Part shown: piece after piece, positions 44,005 to 56,817 of the stretch
Numbering within the stretch: the first letter of the stretch is position 1
How the letters are laid out: each line of letters opens with the position of its first letter
Assembly (NCBI GenBank): GCA_964276515.1
Contig: OZ193909.1
Location: forward strand, 15,934,001-15,998,000
Direction: 5' to 3'
Length of the DNA stretch: 64,000 nt
From: Gordius albopunctatus
Lineage: Eukaryota
Translations under genes and position numbers: made by a program
The notes under the pieces: generated by a model
Seen by the model: the letters and a program-made list of their open reading frames with translations, nothing else
What the model was told of the DNA's origin: nothing
The model's database searches: none

Positions 44005-45054
44005 TAGAGACCTGCAACGGGCCTGTTTAGGTCAGTCGGCCCGCCCGTAATAAAAATTTAAAAGCCCGGGCCAGTCAAAATATTAAATTATAAGACCGAG
44101 CCTGGCCCGATAAATTTATACAAAGCCCGGCCCGGGCCCGTAAAATTTTTATTTTTTTTGTTAAATTCTTATTATCTATATGGTAAACAATATGTATGTG
44201 TTAAAAATGTTAATAAAAATATTGTAAAAATAATAAATTTATAATTCCCGATTTGACAAAATCTTCTATCTTTTAACAGGCGACCTTAGAGACCTGCACG
44301 GGTGACCCGAAACACGAACTGACCTTCGGGTTCGGGTTAAAGATGTTAAAATGCTTTGAGGTCGGGTTCGGGTTGAAGATTTTTAAAAAATTTGGGTCGG
44401 GTCGAATTCGGGTTGAAAAAAAAGTGAGTTTGCAGTTCTAGGCGACTTACAGATAAAATAATTTATTACAATACAGATGGCACTTCGGGATACATACACT
44501 GTATAAGCCAATGAACTTTTAAAACACTTACCACCATTATATATTTTTATATTGATAAAAAAACAGTGATATTTTACAAAATTAACTTGAAGAAATAAAT
44601 TTTAAATTTTGTTTATAAATTTGGTACTGTATATATAAATAATCTTACATAATATTAAATTAATTCACTCAATATTTCTAGAGGGCATAAATGGGGAGGC
44701 AAGAATGGGCAGCTGCCCCCCCCCTCCAAATCATAAAAGTTTTGATCTAAAAAACATTTTTTGCCCTACCTAAATGCCCTCTAATTTAAATTGGCCATGC
44801 CCATGGGATCTCGTGTATAAATATCTTTAACATTTACAATGCGGGCTGAGATATTTAATGAACTAAGATGTAGATAAAATTTAACTTTCCTTGTTAGATA
44901 ATATACATAAAATAATTATAAATTAGAACATTATAAAACACCTTCCATTATGCTATATCTAATTGTTTTTGTCAGGGGCTTTTAACGGCCCTTAAGTTTA
45001 TCTAAGCCCGGCCCCAGCCCGTTAAGTTACCCCCCCCCCCCGTGCAGGTCTCTA
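44005..45054. mobile_element. hAT MITE containing a nested smaller hAT MITE (44287-44440)
   Basis: TIR TAGAGACCTGCA / TGCAGGTCTCTA with TSD GTGTGAAC/GTGTAAAT; inner element with TSD GGCGACCT/GGCGACTT. Confidence 0.8.
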
Positions 45055-45892
45055 GTGTAAATCAAACGGCTATGGCTGTATTCCACCATGTATGCAAGGT
45101 TGTGTTATGATGATCTAAGATGCCGCCGCTTTTTATAGCTGAAACTTAATAGACTTTGTGTTCTAAAATCATTGATACCCTCTTAAGATGTCGAACAGAT
45201 ATAAATTCTTTTAATCATTACAATTTCGTAAAAATTACAAATGATTAAAGTTATAATGCAAAATAACATCCAATTTATAACAAATGTGAATCTTTTAAGC
45301 ACAATACGTCATTCGCTTGTTCCTTATCATATTCCAAGTAATATCCTTATAAATTGTTAAATATTTATTATTTTAACAAATAGATATAATTTCAGCATAT
45401 ATTTGTTAAATTAACTTTTAAATAATGAAAATATGAAAATAACGCAAAGTATATAAGCTTTAAACTAATCCTTGCCAAATTATTTTGAATTTTGTGATAT
45501 ACCACCCACACATCTTGGCTTAACTAATGGATGAACAAGAGTGAACACCTTTAGACATCGCTATCTTTGTTTCCTAAATAATTGAATAGTCTTAAATGAA
45601 TAATTCATATTACATGGCGATTTAAACGCCTAAAGCATCCATTATTAATTAGTAGAGGCGGATTCTCTGAGACGACATGTATCTAAATAGAATTTAAGCG
45701 TCTTGTGAATAATATTTAAGCACACATATATAATTTAGTCACATTTCACGACTGATTACGCTTAATTATGCTACCGTTTACGTTTTTAAAGTGTGATATT
45801 AATTTTATATGAGATAAATTATATCGCATAATTAAAATTTAATGGAATTGTACTTGTAGAAGAAATAAATTTTGTGATTTCCTTTATGTATT

Positions 45893-46352
45893 AATTTTCC
45901 CGATGTCGTCAATCGAGAAATTGTAGGAGAAATTCAGGGAATCAAGGTGAGTAATAAACATAGAAACATTGTGTACATTCGCATAATTACATCTGTTAAT
46001 GCGATAGAAACTAGATTTGAAAAGAGAATTAATCAATTGCGTGAGCACGAAGCCAACTTACGTAAATCCATCAGCAGGAGGTCTAGCCCTTTTCCCACTC
46101 TTAATTAGGATGATCTTGCGTGAGCGGAGTCTTTTAATGATACAGGTATAAGCTGAATTAACATAACATTGATTATTAATAAAGTGGATTACTCCTTAAA
46201 GAGCAAATTAATATTATATTAATCCAAATATCGGACTGCATGGGTAGGCGCTGCGTGTTATTAATCTTTAAGTGAATTTCCCTGAATAGGTTAGGCTTTT
46301 AATTAATGCTTCCAAGTCATACGTCACAGCATAGGCGAAAATATATAAAAGG
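45893..46352 (+). promoter_or_regulatory. Promoter of secreted-protein gene copy A: TATA box, two STAT-type TTC-N3-GAA sites, kB-like and CRE-half-like motifs
   Basis: TATATAAAA ~46342; TTCCCTGAA 46278-46286 overlapping GAATTTCCC; TTCAGGGAA 45933-45941. The STAT and kB-like motifs are retained in the diverged copy-B promoter. Confidence 0.55.
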
Positions 46353-46432
46353 GCCTCGGTGTGCACCTTTTTATAATTATTTGTAAATTACACCATTCAA
46401 AATTTTAACCAAATTGATTAGGATTACTTAAA

Positions 46433-47462
46433 ATGCATTGTAAACCATTAATTTATGCTTTAGCGATTTTATTTTATTTTACATTATTTAAATTTTTCTC
46501 TAGCTTAGTCAAAATTACCTTTAAAATGATTTTTAATGGCTTTATTTTAAACTCAAACATATTTTCAAATATTCATAGCAATAATTCCTTTCATATGGAT
46601 CATCTATGCTGCTGTAACTATTGGTGCTCCCAATATATTTGGCTCGGATAAAGTGAAAAGCTCAAATTCTAAACCAATCTCTCTATCTTATGACCTATAT
46701 GATGAGAACGATAAAGCTCTAGCAAAAGTGGACGAAAAGACTTTGTCTAGAAGAGTCAAAAGATCGGCGACTTGCAAGTATCTCGAAAATTTTGATTTTG
46801 AATCCATGCCCTTCCAAAAGCAAGTCAAACTTAAAAAAGAGATGATTGAATCGACGGAAACAAGGCTTAATGAAATGAAACTACAGATCAAGGAAGTGTA
46901 CGACGTGATGGTAATTTGCATATATCAGTCAGTAATTATAATATATCATTATACTAAAGATGGAGGTTTTATCGATGGAGGACACAATGCTCGATATCAT
47001 AAATTACAATGACTTAGATTTGATCATAAAGAAACCGCTCGATGCTTTATTTACGGAAGAGTCTACACCGGTAAAAACCATAAGTATTATTATACAACAT
47101 AACTTTTTCTCGTACTATGATTATACTTAATCTATCAATTACAGAAAGCTAAATACCTAAGGTATGTCGTGGAAAAATTGTCGATCTATAATAGCCTTCT
47201 GAACTACATCATTAACGAAAAGATAGACGGCAAATTAATTCATCAAAACTTGCACCAACTCACTTTCAGTATCAACAATGTTATATGCAATCTGAAAGTC
47301 TTGCTCACAATGGACAATGAATCAGTCGAAAACGAAGGCATTAAAATTGTAAAAATGAATGACACTAACGATAAGAGTCAAAAATACATGAGAAATGTCC
47401 TTATCATAAGGCACTTCAAAAACTTTCTTCGCAAAAATCGCATCATGGATATACTAGCTTAA
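46433..47462 (+). CDS. Secreted pro-protein, 255 aa, putative Unpaired/IL-6-like helical cytokine (copy A)
   Basis: Exons 46433-46439, 46579-46910, 46960-47070 and 47145-47462 are all GT-AG and in frame: MHSIIPFIWIIYAAVTIG|AP...RRVKR|SATC...NVICNL...MRNVLIIRHFKNFL...DILA*. The gene structure is well supported; the family call is inference. Confidence 0.75.
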
Positions 47463-48603
47463 TGAGCGTGGAATACACGCTATAAAGTATAATGCTAAGC
47501 CATTATTTTTGTTTGGGGTTCGTTTTGATTACAAATAGATTCCGTTCATCGTGCAATATTCCTTTTATATTATTTATCTATATTTTTGTACACTGTACTT
47601 CACGTCTATATTTATGTGTTATGACATTTGTAGAAAAATAAAGTTAGCCAGAAATATAGTATACGCTTACATTTTTTAATTCAAAATATAAATAATACTT
47701 ATACAAAAATTGTGGTATATGTAAAAATATCCTAGGTGTAATGCTTAATACAGACCATAGCTCCAATTTTATTAAATAGGTTGCATCTTGTGTCCCTTAT
47801 TTGACATACGAATCAGTTAAAAAAGAAATTTATCAAGACACTTATTGAGACGTTTGACTATTACCAATTAATTAAAAGTTTTAAGCACATATAATAGAAC
47901 TTGCTCTGCAAAAGTGACAGAATTCTAAAGATGGCGCTTGTCATAATTCGATAAGATTAATGGATTTTTACTATTTAATCAAAGTCTGAAAAAATTATCC
48001 CAAGTTTGTTTAAATTTAATTTATAAAAAAGTGATAGCAGAACATTCCTCGGCAAACACTCAAATTAAGCTATCTATGCGAATAAAATTTTTGTAAGGTC
48101 GGGCAAGTGATATAACATAAACATGGATATATTTTGCATATTCGAATTCTTCTTCTTCTTTATCAGTTATAATCAATATTTTGTACAAAACCCAGGCAAA
48201 CTAATTTCAAAAACATAAAGATGGAGGAGGCAACGTATGTGTTGGCATAACAGTTTAACCGTACAAAAAAAATCAAAGGGACAGATGTGGAACTTTTTAA
48301 TATAAAGTGATCAACATACCTTGTTCGAGCATATGACGTATCAAAGTTATTAGCTATTATTTGCTTTATAATATAAAAACTGTAAATTTTATTCTTAATA
48401 CGTTATGATTAAAGTTTATCCTAGTTTTAGGGTGTAAAAAGGAATTTCAAAGGATCAACAATTTACACGGTTCAACAAGAAAAATAGACCGGTTAACTAT
48501 TTGCAGATTTTGGTATAGTTTTTCGCGGTGAACACGAACATATTTTTAGTTTTTCCCTATACGTCAAGTTTTTGAATTATATGCTATCAAATTTTCTAAA
48601 AAC

Positions 48604-48921
48604 TAGTGATGGGGAAATAGCGTTTTTAAGGAACTAAACCTATAGCACACATATGCGGCTATGTCTACTAGCACATAGTCACTTTAAGTGCTATAAGCTA
48701 TAGGAGATGGAAGGTTTGAGGCGCTAAAGCTATGGGAGATGGGAGGTTTGAGGTGCTATAAGCTAGAGGAGATGGGAGGTTTGAGGTGCTAAAGCTATAG
48801 CCGATAGCACTTAAATGCGCTACTCCTATAGCACGGCGCTAACATTGAGAATAATTTTTTTTAATTGTTTATTAGATATTAAAATACAATAACATGAGTG
48901 CTAAGCGTTTTCCCATCACTA
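48604..48921. mobile_element. hAT MITE
   Basis: TIR TAGTGATGGG / CCCATCACTA; perfect 8-bp TSD CTAAAAAC; three ~30-bp internal repeats GCTATAGGAGATGGGAGGTTTGAGG. Confidence 0.9.
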
Positions 48922-49427
48922 CTAAAAACAGCGATTATGGCGTTTTTCAAATGTTAATATGAAAATTAATTGGTAAATTTAAATTAAATAAATTTGATTT
49001 ATAAATGGGAGAAGAATCCATTACAATTTTTTTTCATCCTAGCATAAGTAATTTTAGAGTTTAATACAAAACTAATTTATCCCTATCTCTTTATATTTAT
49101 AAATTGCCCTAATGGTCGCCCTTCCTTCCCTTTAGGCCGAAATTTAAGATAGGCCCGGCCCAAAAATTGCGCCGCATCAGGCCCGCACTAGTAAAAACAA
49201 GTCAACGTTGCTTAAATATTATTTATTTGTATATAAAACAGCACATAAAATTGACTGGGGCATTTTGTCAATGTAAAAATATAGAGAAAAGTTAATTTAG
49301 ATTATATATCAATTAAAAGAGCTAGGGTAATTTTTTTACTTTATTTATAAATGAAATTTATTGAACTAAAATTTCACTGATTGATTCGCAAATTAGACAG
49401 CCCTTTAAATATTGACTTTGTGATTAC

Positions 49428-50190
49428 ATCCCCCAATCCGACCAATAATTCTAACAGAGAATTTTGCGCTGAAAAATAATCTGTTTTTTAAAGTTTTTTT
49501 TTCTACAATTACCAGTTTTTTAGATATACGATGAAGGTGCCAAAATTGCTCTTTTTAAGCCTTTTTAACGCTATATTGCCACGGTATTTTTAATATTTAG
49601 TGAAAAATAGTAATATATCCATGTAGATTAAAGTTTAATCTATATGTCCATTAATTGATTTTTTTGTTACACCTCTATATTTAAATTTATTCGCGTCTTT
49701 GTGAACCCCTTCTCCTTATCAAAATTCGTCTCACTATGTCTGGTAAACGGAGTACATTAGAGTTCATACTGCGGGTGCGGGGTTTACGCCAACGCGTATA
49801 AATCTAGATATAAGGATGATACAAAAAAATTAAAAAAATGTACCTATAAATGAAACTTTAATCTACATGAATAAATTACTATTTTTCACTAAATATTAAA
49901 AATGTTGTTGCAATATAGCCTCAAAAATGCTTTAAAAGGGCATTTTTGGCACTTATATACAAAAAAATTAAAAAATGGACCTATAAATGAAACTTTAATC
50001 TACACGAAGAAATTATTATTTTTCACTAAATATTAAAAAATGCTGTTGTAATATAGCCTCAAAAAAGGCATTTTGGCACTTTCAACCTCGTATATCTAAA
50101 AAACTGGTAATTGTAGAAAAAAACTAAAAGCAGATTATTTTTCAGCGCAAAATTCTCTACCAGAATTATTGGTCGGATTGCGGGATGTTT
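49428..50190. mobile_element. Foldback-type MITE with ~230-bp inverted arms
   Basis: CATCCC..AATCCGACCAATAATTCT...GCGCTGAAAAATAATCTG mirrored at 50130-50190; ~135-bp tandem duplication in the right arm; related sequence at ~15210-15630. Confidence 0.7.
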
Positions 50191-51486
50191 TTTTTTGTAG
50201 ATCTGTGTTATTGCCATTTAAAAAACGCCAAAATCGCTGTTTTAGCAACTTTGACAGTAAATAACTCAAAAAAAATTTTTTTTAAGTTTATTTATTAAAA
50301 ATCCGTTGACAGTAATATAATATAAATACATAAAATATATAACTCAAAAATTTGACATACAGGGAAAATACTAAAAATATTATCAACATAAATTATCCGA
50401 ATTCGGGCCTAAATTTTGATGTAGCAGACATTACCAATAGAAATAATTCAATCCAAGTAAGTGACATTTGATTGACCGTGAAAATGTTTGACATAACACG
50501 AAAGACTGTTTTGTTGCGAAACACAACAATTAGATGTTTAGTATACAATAAAAAGCACACACACACAAACGTGGAAAATCAAGTTTGCCGTATAACATAA
50601 GTGTTTGAAAGAATATTTAATAAAAATTTCATGAAATACAATTAAAGTTAAACATCGTGAAACGACCGTAATGTGTTTTTAGAACTGAGTTTATTATTCA
50701 AATGATATCCCCTGTGGTTGTCGATAAAAAACGAAATATATTTTACAATACGATGTTACAAACATAAAATAGTACAATCATAACACATCGTTAAGTAGGT
50801 TTTTTGTCATAATTTATACAGTTAAAAGACTATATCAAATAATGTTTTAAAAATCGGCAATTCCACATTATTTAAACTTAGTGGGAAGAATCTTGCATCA
50901 CAAAACTCATAAGAGATACCACGTTATCGTAAGAGTGGTAGTGGCCCTATTGATTGGAGATTGGATTCGAAATCGATGCAAACAAACAATATATAGAATC
51001 ATATTTTTATATAGTGTATATTATCTTGATTTTATTAAAAAAATTCGTGTGCACAGCTTCTAAAATAAGGACAGGGGTACATAATCACAAGCATAAGTAT
51101 ACAGCTAAAAGAAAGAACGATAGACAAAATTTATACAAAAAAAACACATAGGAACATATAATATTGGAATGTTATGTGGTAAATAAATAAATATATATAT
51201 GGTATAAATATTGAGAAAGTGTATCGCCGTAAGCAGGTTGCTGATTTCAATTCAAGTCCAAGCAGCAGCGATTGCTTTTATTATAAAAAATAATTGGGCT
51301 CAATTTTTAGGGTAATTTTGGCCAATGCCAGTGTTGGGGGTTGTCACGTTAGGGACTTGACCTGATTTAATTTTGAATTAGTTCCTTTTCTTGTAAAAAA
51401 ACCATATGTTACCAGCACAGAGTAAGATATCGCGAAAAATCCTGGCCCCTTTGGCCCCCCAACCAATTATTTAATATATCGTAATT

Positions 51487-53360
51487 TTTTTCCTATAGCT
51501 GTTTGTTGCACTTAGTGGTCAGCTGCTTCAAATAGTTTCTCCGCGTATTCATGCACTTACACCAGCTTCGTTTTAGCTCTTAGCTTTTTAAGTTTATATC
51601 TATTTTCTGTTTCCATGTCAGCTTAGGTCTTCCTCTCTTTCTCTTACCTTAGACTTGCACCTTCTTGATACGTTTTGCCAGGTGAATTTCCTGCCGTCTC
51701 TATAAATAGCCATGACATCTCAATCTTCCTACCACTAACTTTCTCTGAATCGGAACTATATTTAGTTTATCCTTTATGCCTTGGTTTCTTATGTGGTCCT
51801 TTGTGCTTATTCCTAAGATTCATCTTAACATTCGCATCTTCATTGTTGCCAAGCTTTGCTCTTCTTTTGCCGTAATTGCCCATTTTCCGCTCCATACAAT
51901 ACCGTGGGCACTATAACCGTGGTTATGATCGTCTTTTGAATTTGAATGGTATGTGTTTGTCACATAGTACACCACTCAACTCCCTGAATTTTACCCAGCA
52001 TGCGTTTCTTCTTGCCTTAATTTCGTTTTCCACATCCGCATCACATTGTACCCTAGACCCAGATATATGAAATTCATTCTATTGCTTAAACACCAGTCAA
52101 TGATTTGCAGGTGTGTTTCTTTGTATTCACTCCCGACTCCAAGCATACATATTCAGTTTTATCTAGGTTGACCTTAAGGCCCTTAGTTTCAATTCCTCCA
52201 TTTACACTTTTACCTCCTCTGCTAATTTCACATTTGAGCCTGCGTACAGCACTATATCTAAATAGCATTGCCAAAGGTGATTCGCGCTTCAAGTCCTTAG
52301 TTATCGAATCCATTATTAATATTAAGAGCAATGGACTCAGTGACGATCCTTGATGCACACCTACATTTAGACACAATCCCTTCGATGTACCACTGGATGT
52401 CCGTACTTTGGTTTTTGCGTTTCTATCCATATCCTTTAGTAGCATTTTATATGCGTCGGGTACACATTGGAACTTAGGCTATCCCTATTCTAACTGCCTT
52501 GGCACTTTTTCGAAAGCCTTCTCAAGATCGATAAAACACATCCTTTTGTTTTTTCTTATAAAATTCCATAAGTCGCCTGAGACCATGTATTTCATCTGAA
52601 GTTGACTTTCTTTGTCGTTCATCTATTGAGATTATTTTTCCAATAGCTTGTATAACCTTTTTCCACACCTTCATTACGTGACTCGTCGTTAACTTTATAC
52701 CCCGATAGTTATTGCATTCTTGTACATATCCCTTCATTTTATAGATTAGTATAACATAGCTTTCCCTCCACTCATCAGGCATCATACTACTTGCAAGTAT
52801 TTTGTTAAAAAGCTTTGCAAGTAGATGTACACCTAAGGGCCATAGCATTTGAAACCTTCCATAGATATATTATCAGGTTACCGCTCTACACATGGTCGTC
52901 TTTTTAAGCACTTGGTCAACCTCTTCTTCTGTCACTTTTGACTTTGGGTCATATTCAGAGTACTTGCTTTCGCAGTGGTCCGAAAACCCATTTTTATTGT
53001 TTAATAATTCTATAGTATTCTTCCCAACGATATGATTTGATGGTCCAGAATTAGAGTGATGACTTTCTTGTTGTTTATGGTTTTAACGTTTACCATATCC
53101 TTTGAGTACTTGCCCTGGTTTTTGTGATTTTGTAGATCATTTTTTCCTTCTTTACTAGTTAACTTGGCGTTCAAATTCTCGTAGACATTTGTTTTTGCCT
53201 TGGTTACACAACTTATTGCCTCATTTTTAGCTTGCACATATGCAAATCTTGTTTTTTCATTTCTGTTTCCTGACCGTAATTTGTAAACCTTTTTCTTCAA
53301 CTTGACTAGGCGTTGCACGTCCTCGTTCCTTCACCATGTCTCCTTATCTTTTTGTATACC
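51487..53360 (-). pseudogene. Old, degenerate RTE-clade LINE fragment
   Basis: Broken frames with CNNYRGIKL, GVHQGSSLSPLL, GLKVNLDKTEY and GKRKRGRP; many stops and frameshifts. Confidence 0.85.
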
Positions 53361-53409
53361 AAATTTTTAATTAATTGGTAATAGTCAAACGTCTCAATAA
53401 GTGTCTTGA

Positions 53410-53455
53410 TAAATTTCGACGGTCCCAAGTCCGTGTGAAAAAAGTGGATGGTTGG
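53410..53455 (+). ncRNA. 5'-truncated twister ribozyme at the start of RTE2
   Basis: C-G-ACGG-TCCCAAGT-CCGT-GTGAAAAA-AGTG-GATGG-TTGG; same core as in RTE1, with the conserved GA retained. Confidence 0.78.
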
Positions 53456-56400
53456 CGTCAGGTCGGAAGCCGGCTGTAAAAAGCAACTCCAAACACCATG
53501 GCAGCTTCAAATACGAACTTGTATGCTAGGGCGTTCTCCCCAAACGACGCGCATTGCATCATCCGCCCGTGCAATGTGAAAAGTATACAAGGGTCACCGC
53601 CTCTCTCACAAAGAAGGCGGTTAAGGAACCTAGTTGTCGAACGGTCAAGAGTGGCTAGCTGGAATGTGGGCACGCTGACGGGGAAGAGCATTGAGGTTGC
53701 GCAGATGCTAAAAAGGCGAAGGATACACATAGCGTGTCTACAAGAAACGCGGTGGCATGGAACAAAAGCCAGTGAGCTAGGAGATGGTTACAAGCTATAC
53801 TACTCGGGTTCCCCATCACGGAAGAACGGGGTCGGTATAGTGCTTAGCGATTCCTTTAAGGACAAGGTAGTCGAAGTCAAACGATGCTCAGATAGATTGA
53901 TGTGCATAAAGCTGGCGGATCAAGGCGGCCTTGTCAATGTTATTTGTGCGTATTCGCCCCAGGTTGGATGTTCCGAAAATGAGAAGCTCGAAAAAGAAAT
54001 ACGCTACGTGAAACCTGACGAGAATCTCATCATCGGAGCCGACTTTAATGGGCACGTTGGGAAAGAAAGGGGCGTGTACGAACGAAATCACGGCGGGCAT
54101 GGCTATGGGGTGAAAAATAAAGAGGGAGAGAAGTTACTACAGATGGCGCAAGCTTACGATATGGCCATTGTGAATACCTTCTTTCAGAAGCGTACCGAAC
54201 ATTTAGCGACGTACAGTAGTGGAAATCACCTTACACAGGTCGACTACATATTAGTGAAGCGCATAAATTTGTGGCAAGTTAAAGATTGCAAGGTTATACC
54301 GGGGGAAGAAATCGCCAAACAACATCGGCCAGTTGTCCTCGAAATAGCAAGATCCCGTAAGGAGAAAAGTCTACACACCAAGGACAAAGTACGAAAAGCT
54401 TAAGGATGATCGTGCAAATGAAATGTTTCACGCTAGAGTAACTCCGCTCTTGAAGGTTGCAGGCTTGGAGGGCGACATTAACAAAAGTTGGGGCACCGTT
54501 GCAAATGTTCTAAAGGAAACGGCCTTTCAAATATTGGGACGAACTAAGGGCGGCAGAGCTCAAAAGCGTGAACTATGGTGGTGGAATGACTCGGTCAAAG
54601 AGGTTATGGAAGAAAAGAAGGCGTTGTACCTACGATGGTACAAAACGAAGAAAGGAGAAGACTACGAGGCATATCGTGAAGCGAAACGCAAAGCTAAGAT
54701 AGCGGTTGCGATAGCGAAGAACGAGGCTTACACCGAGATGGCAAACAAACTCGATACCAAGGGCGGCGACATAGTCATGTATAAACTCGCAAAGATTTGG
54801 GAGAAAAAAAGTCGAGATGTCGGGACACTGAAAGTCATTAAAAACGAACAGGGACGAACGTTGTGCAAACCGAAGGAAGTCATCAAAAGATGGAAAGATT
54901 ATTTCCAAAATATGATGAACAAAACGAATGATAGAAGACCGCTGGAGAGGGTGGAACCGAACTCGAACTTGGTTTTACCACTGCAGGCTTATGAAATAGG
55001 ACCGCAACTAACGAAGATGCGGAAAGGGAAAGCGCTAGGTCCCAATGATCTACCTATCGAAGCTTGGCTTGGGTGCAAAGGAGAAGGAATCGACATAATG
55101 ACAGGCCTATTTAACGATATGCTGTATGAGAGTCGTATCCCTGACCAATGGAGGGAAAGTACGATCATACCCATATACAAAGGTAAAGGAGACGCGCAGA
55201 AATGTGGCAACTTTAGAGGTATCAAGTTGACCTGCCACTCACTAAAACTACTAGAAAGGGTGCTAGTGAAAAGGCTCAATGACGAAGTTTGTCTCTCGCC
55301 CAATCAGTTTGGATTTGTGGCCGGTAAATCAATGATGGACCCAATCTTTGCGTTGAAGCAGACGATGGAAAAATATGGCGGCATAAGAAAGAACTTATAC
55401 ATGGTCTTCATCGATTTAGAAAAGGCCTACGATACGGTTCCGAGAGACTTAATATGGTGGTCCCTTAGAGCCAGAAATATACCCGAAGGATATGTTCGAC
55501 TTATCAAGGAAATGTATAATGGCGCGGTCGCATCTGTTAGGACTACCGTAGGAGTAACGAAACCCTTCCGAATAATGATCGGACTACATCAAGGATCAGC
55601 GTTAAGCCCATTCTTGTTTAATCTAATTATGGATACAATAACAAAGGACTTGCACAAGCCAGCCCCTTGGACTATGCTATATGCCGACGATATTGTCGTA
55701 TGCGATGAAACAAGAGAAGGGGTTTTTCATCAGGCGAAAAAATGGTCAGAACGTTTCTCGGAATTCGGGTTAAAGGTCAGCGAGAAGAAAACGGTTTACA
55801 TGCAAACGATGGGCGGTAGTCCGCAAATGCACAAAATTGACGGTCCAAGGTACACGGAGGTTGATAAGTTCACATATCTTGGCTCGCTATTACATCAAGA
55901 GGGAGGATGTACCGCCGAAGTCTATTCTCGGATCAAGAAAGCATGGCTCAAGTGGCGCAGCATCTCCGGTGTCATGTGTGACAAAAAGATACCAATTTGG
56001 TTGAAAAGCAAGGCGTACAAAACCATCGTGCCACCGGTCTTGCTTTACGGGAGCGAAACATGGGCTGTAACCACCGCGGAGAAGAAACTCTTGCAAGTCA
56101 CGGAAATGAGAATGGTGCGATGGAGCTTAGGCTACACCAAGCTGGATCGCATGACGAACGAATCCTTGATGACAAAGATGGGTATACAAGCGACGAAGGA
56201 CTTCTTAAGAGAAAATCGACTGCGGTGGTACGGCCATATATTACGAAGAGACGAAGACGATGTCACACGCCGAACGCTGGAGATGGACGTGCCTGGAAGA
56301 AGAGGAAGGGGCAGACCACGTGCCACCTGGAAACGACTGGTCGAAAAGGATATGGACGTCAAACAGATGGAAATTGGCATGGCATTCACACGACTCAGAT

Positions 56401-56461
56401 GGAAGAGGCTGCTGAAAACGTACCCCACGTCTGTGGGATTTTCAACACGATAAAGAAGAAG
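53418..56461 (+). mobile_element. RTE-clade non-LTR retrotransposon, near full length (copy RTE2), ORF frameshifted near 54350
   Basis: APE (53498-) and RT (-56453) with YADD; frameshift (the alternative frame reads PVRRKVYTPRTKYEKLKD); 6-codon deletion versus RTE1; 3' hairpin CCCAC-GTCT-GTGGG; (GAA)n tail. Confidence 0.95.
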
Positions 56462-56817
56462 AACTGATTCGTATATCAAATAAGGGACACTAGATGCAAC
56501 CTATTTAATAAAATTGGAGCTATGGTCTGTATTAAGCATTACACGTCGGATATTTTTACATATACCACAATTTTTGTATAAGTATTATTTATATTTTGAA
56601 TTAAACAATGTAAGCGTATACTATATTTCTGGCTAACTTTATTTTCCTACAAATGTCATAACACATAAATATAGACGTGAAGTACAGTGTACAAAAATAT
56701 AGATAAATAATATAAAAGGAATATTGCACGATGAACGGAATCTATTTGTAATCAAAATGAACCCCAAACAAAAATAATGGCTTAGCATTATACTTTATAG
56801 CGTGTATTCCACGCTCA

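Noticed and set aside
46536..46578. Apparent N-terminal stop (copy A) or frameshift (copy B) from an ATG at 46536
   Set aside because: This ATG is inside intron 1; splicing from ATGCATT|GT gives intact frames in both copies.
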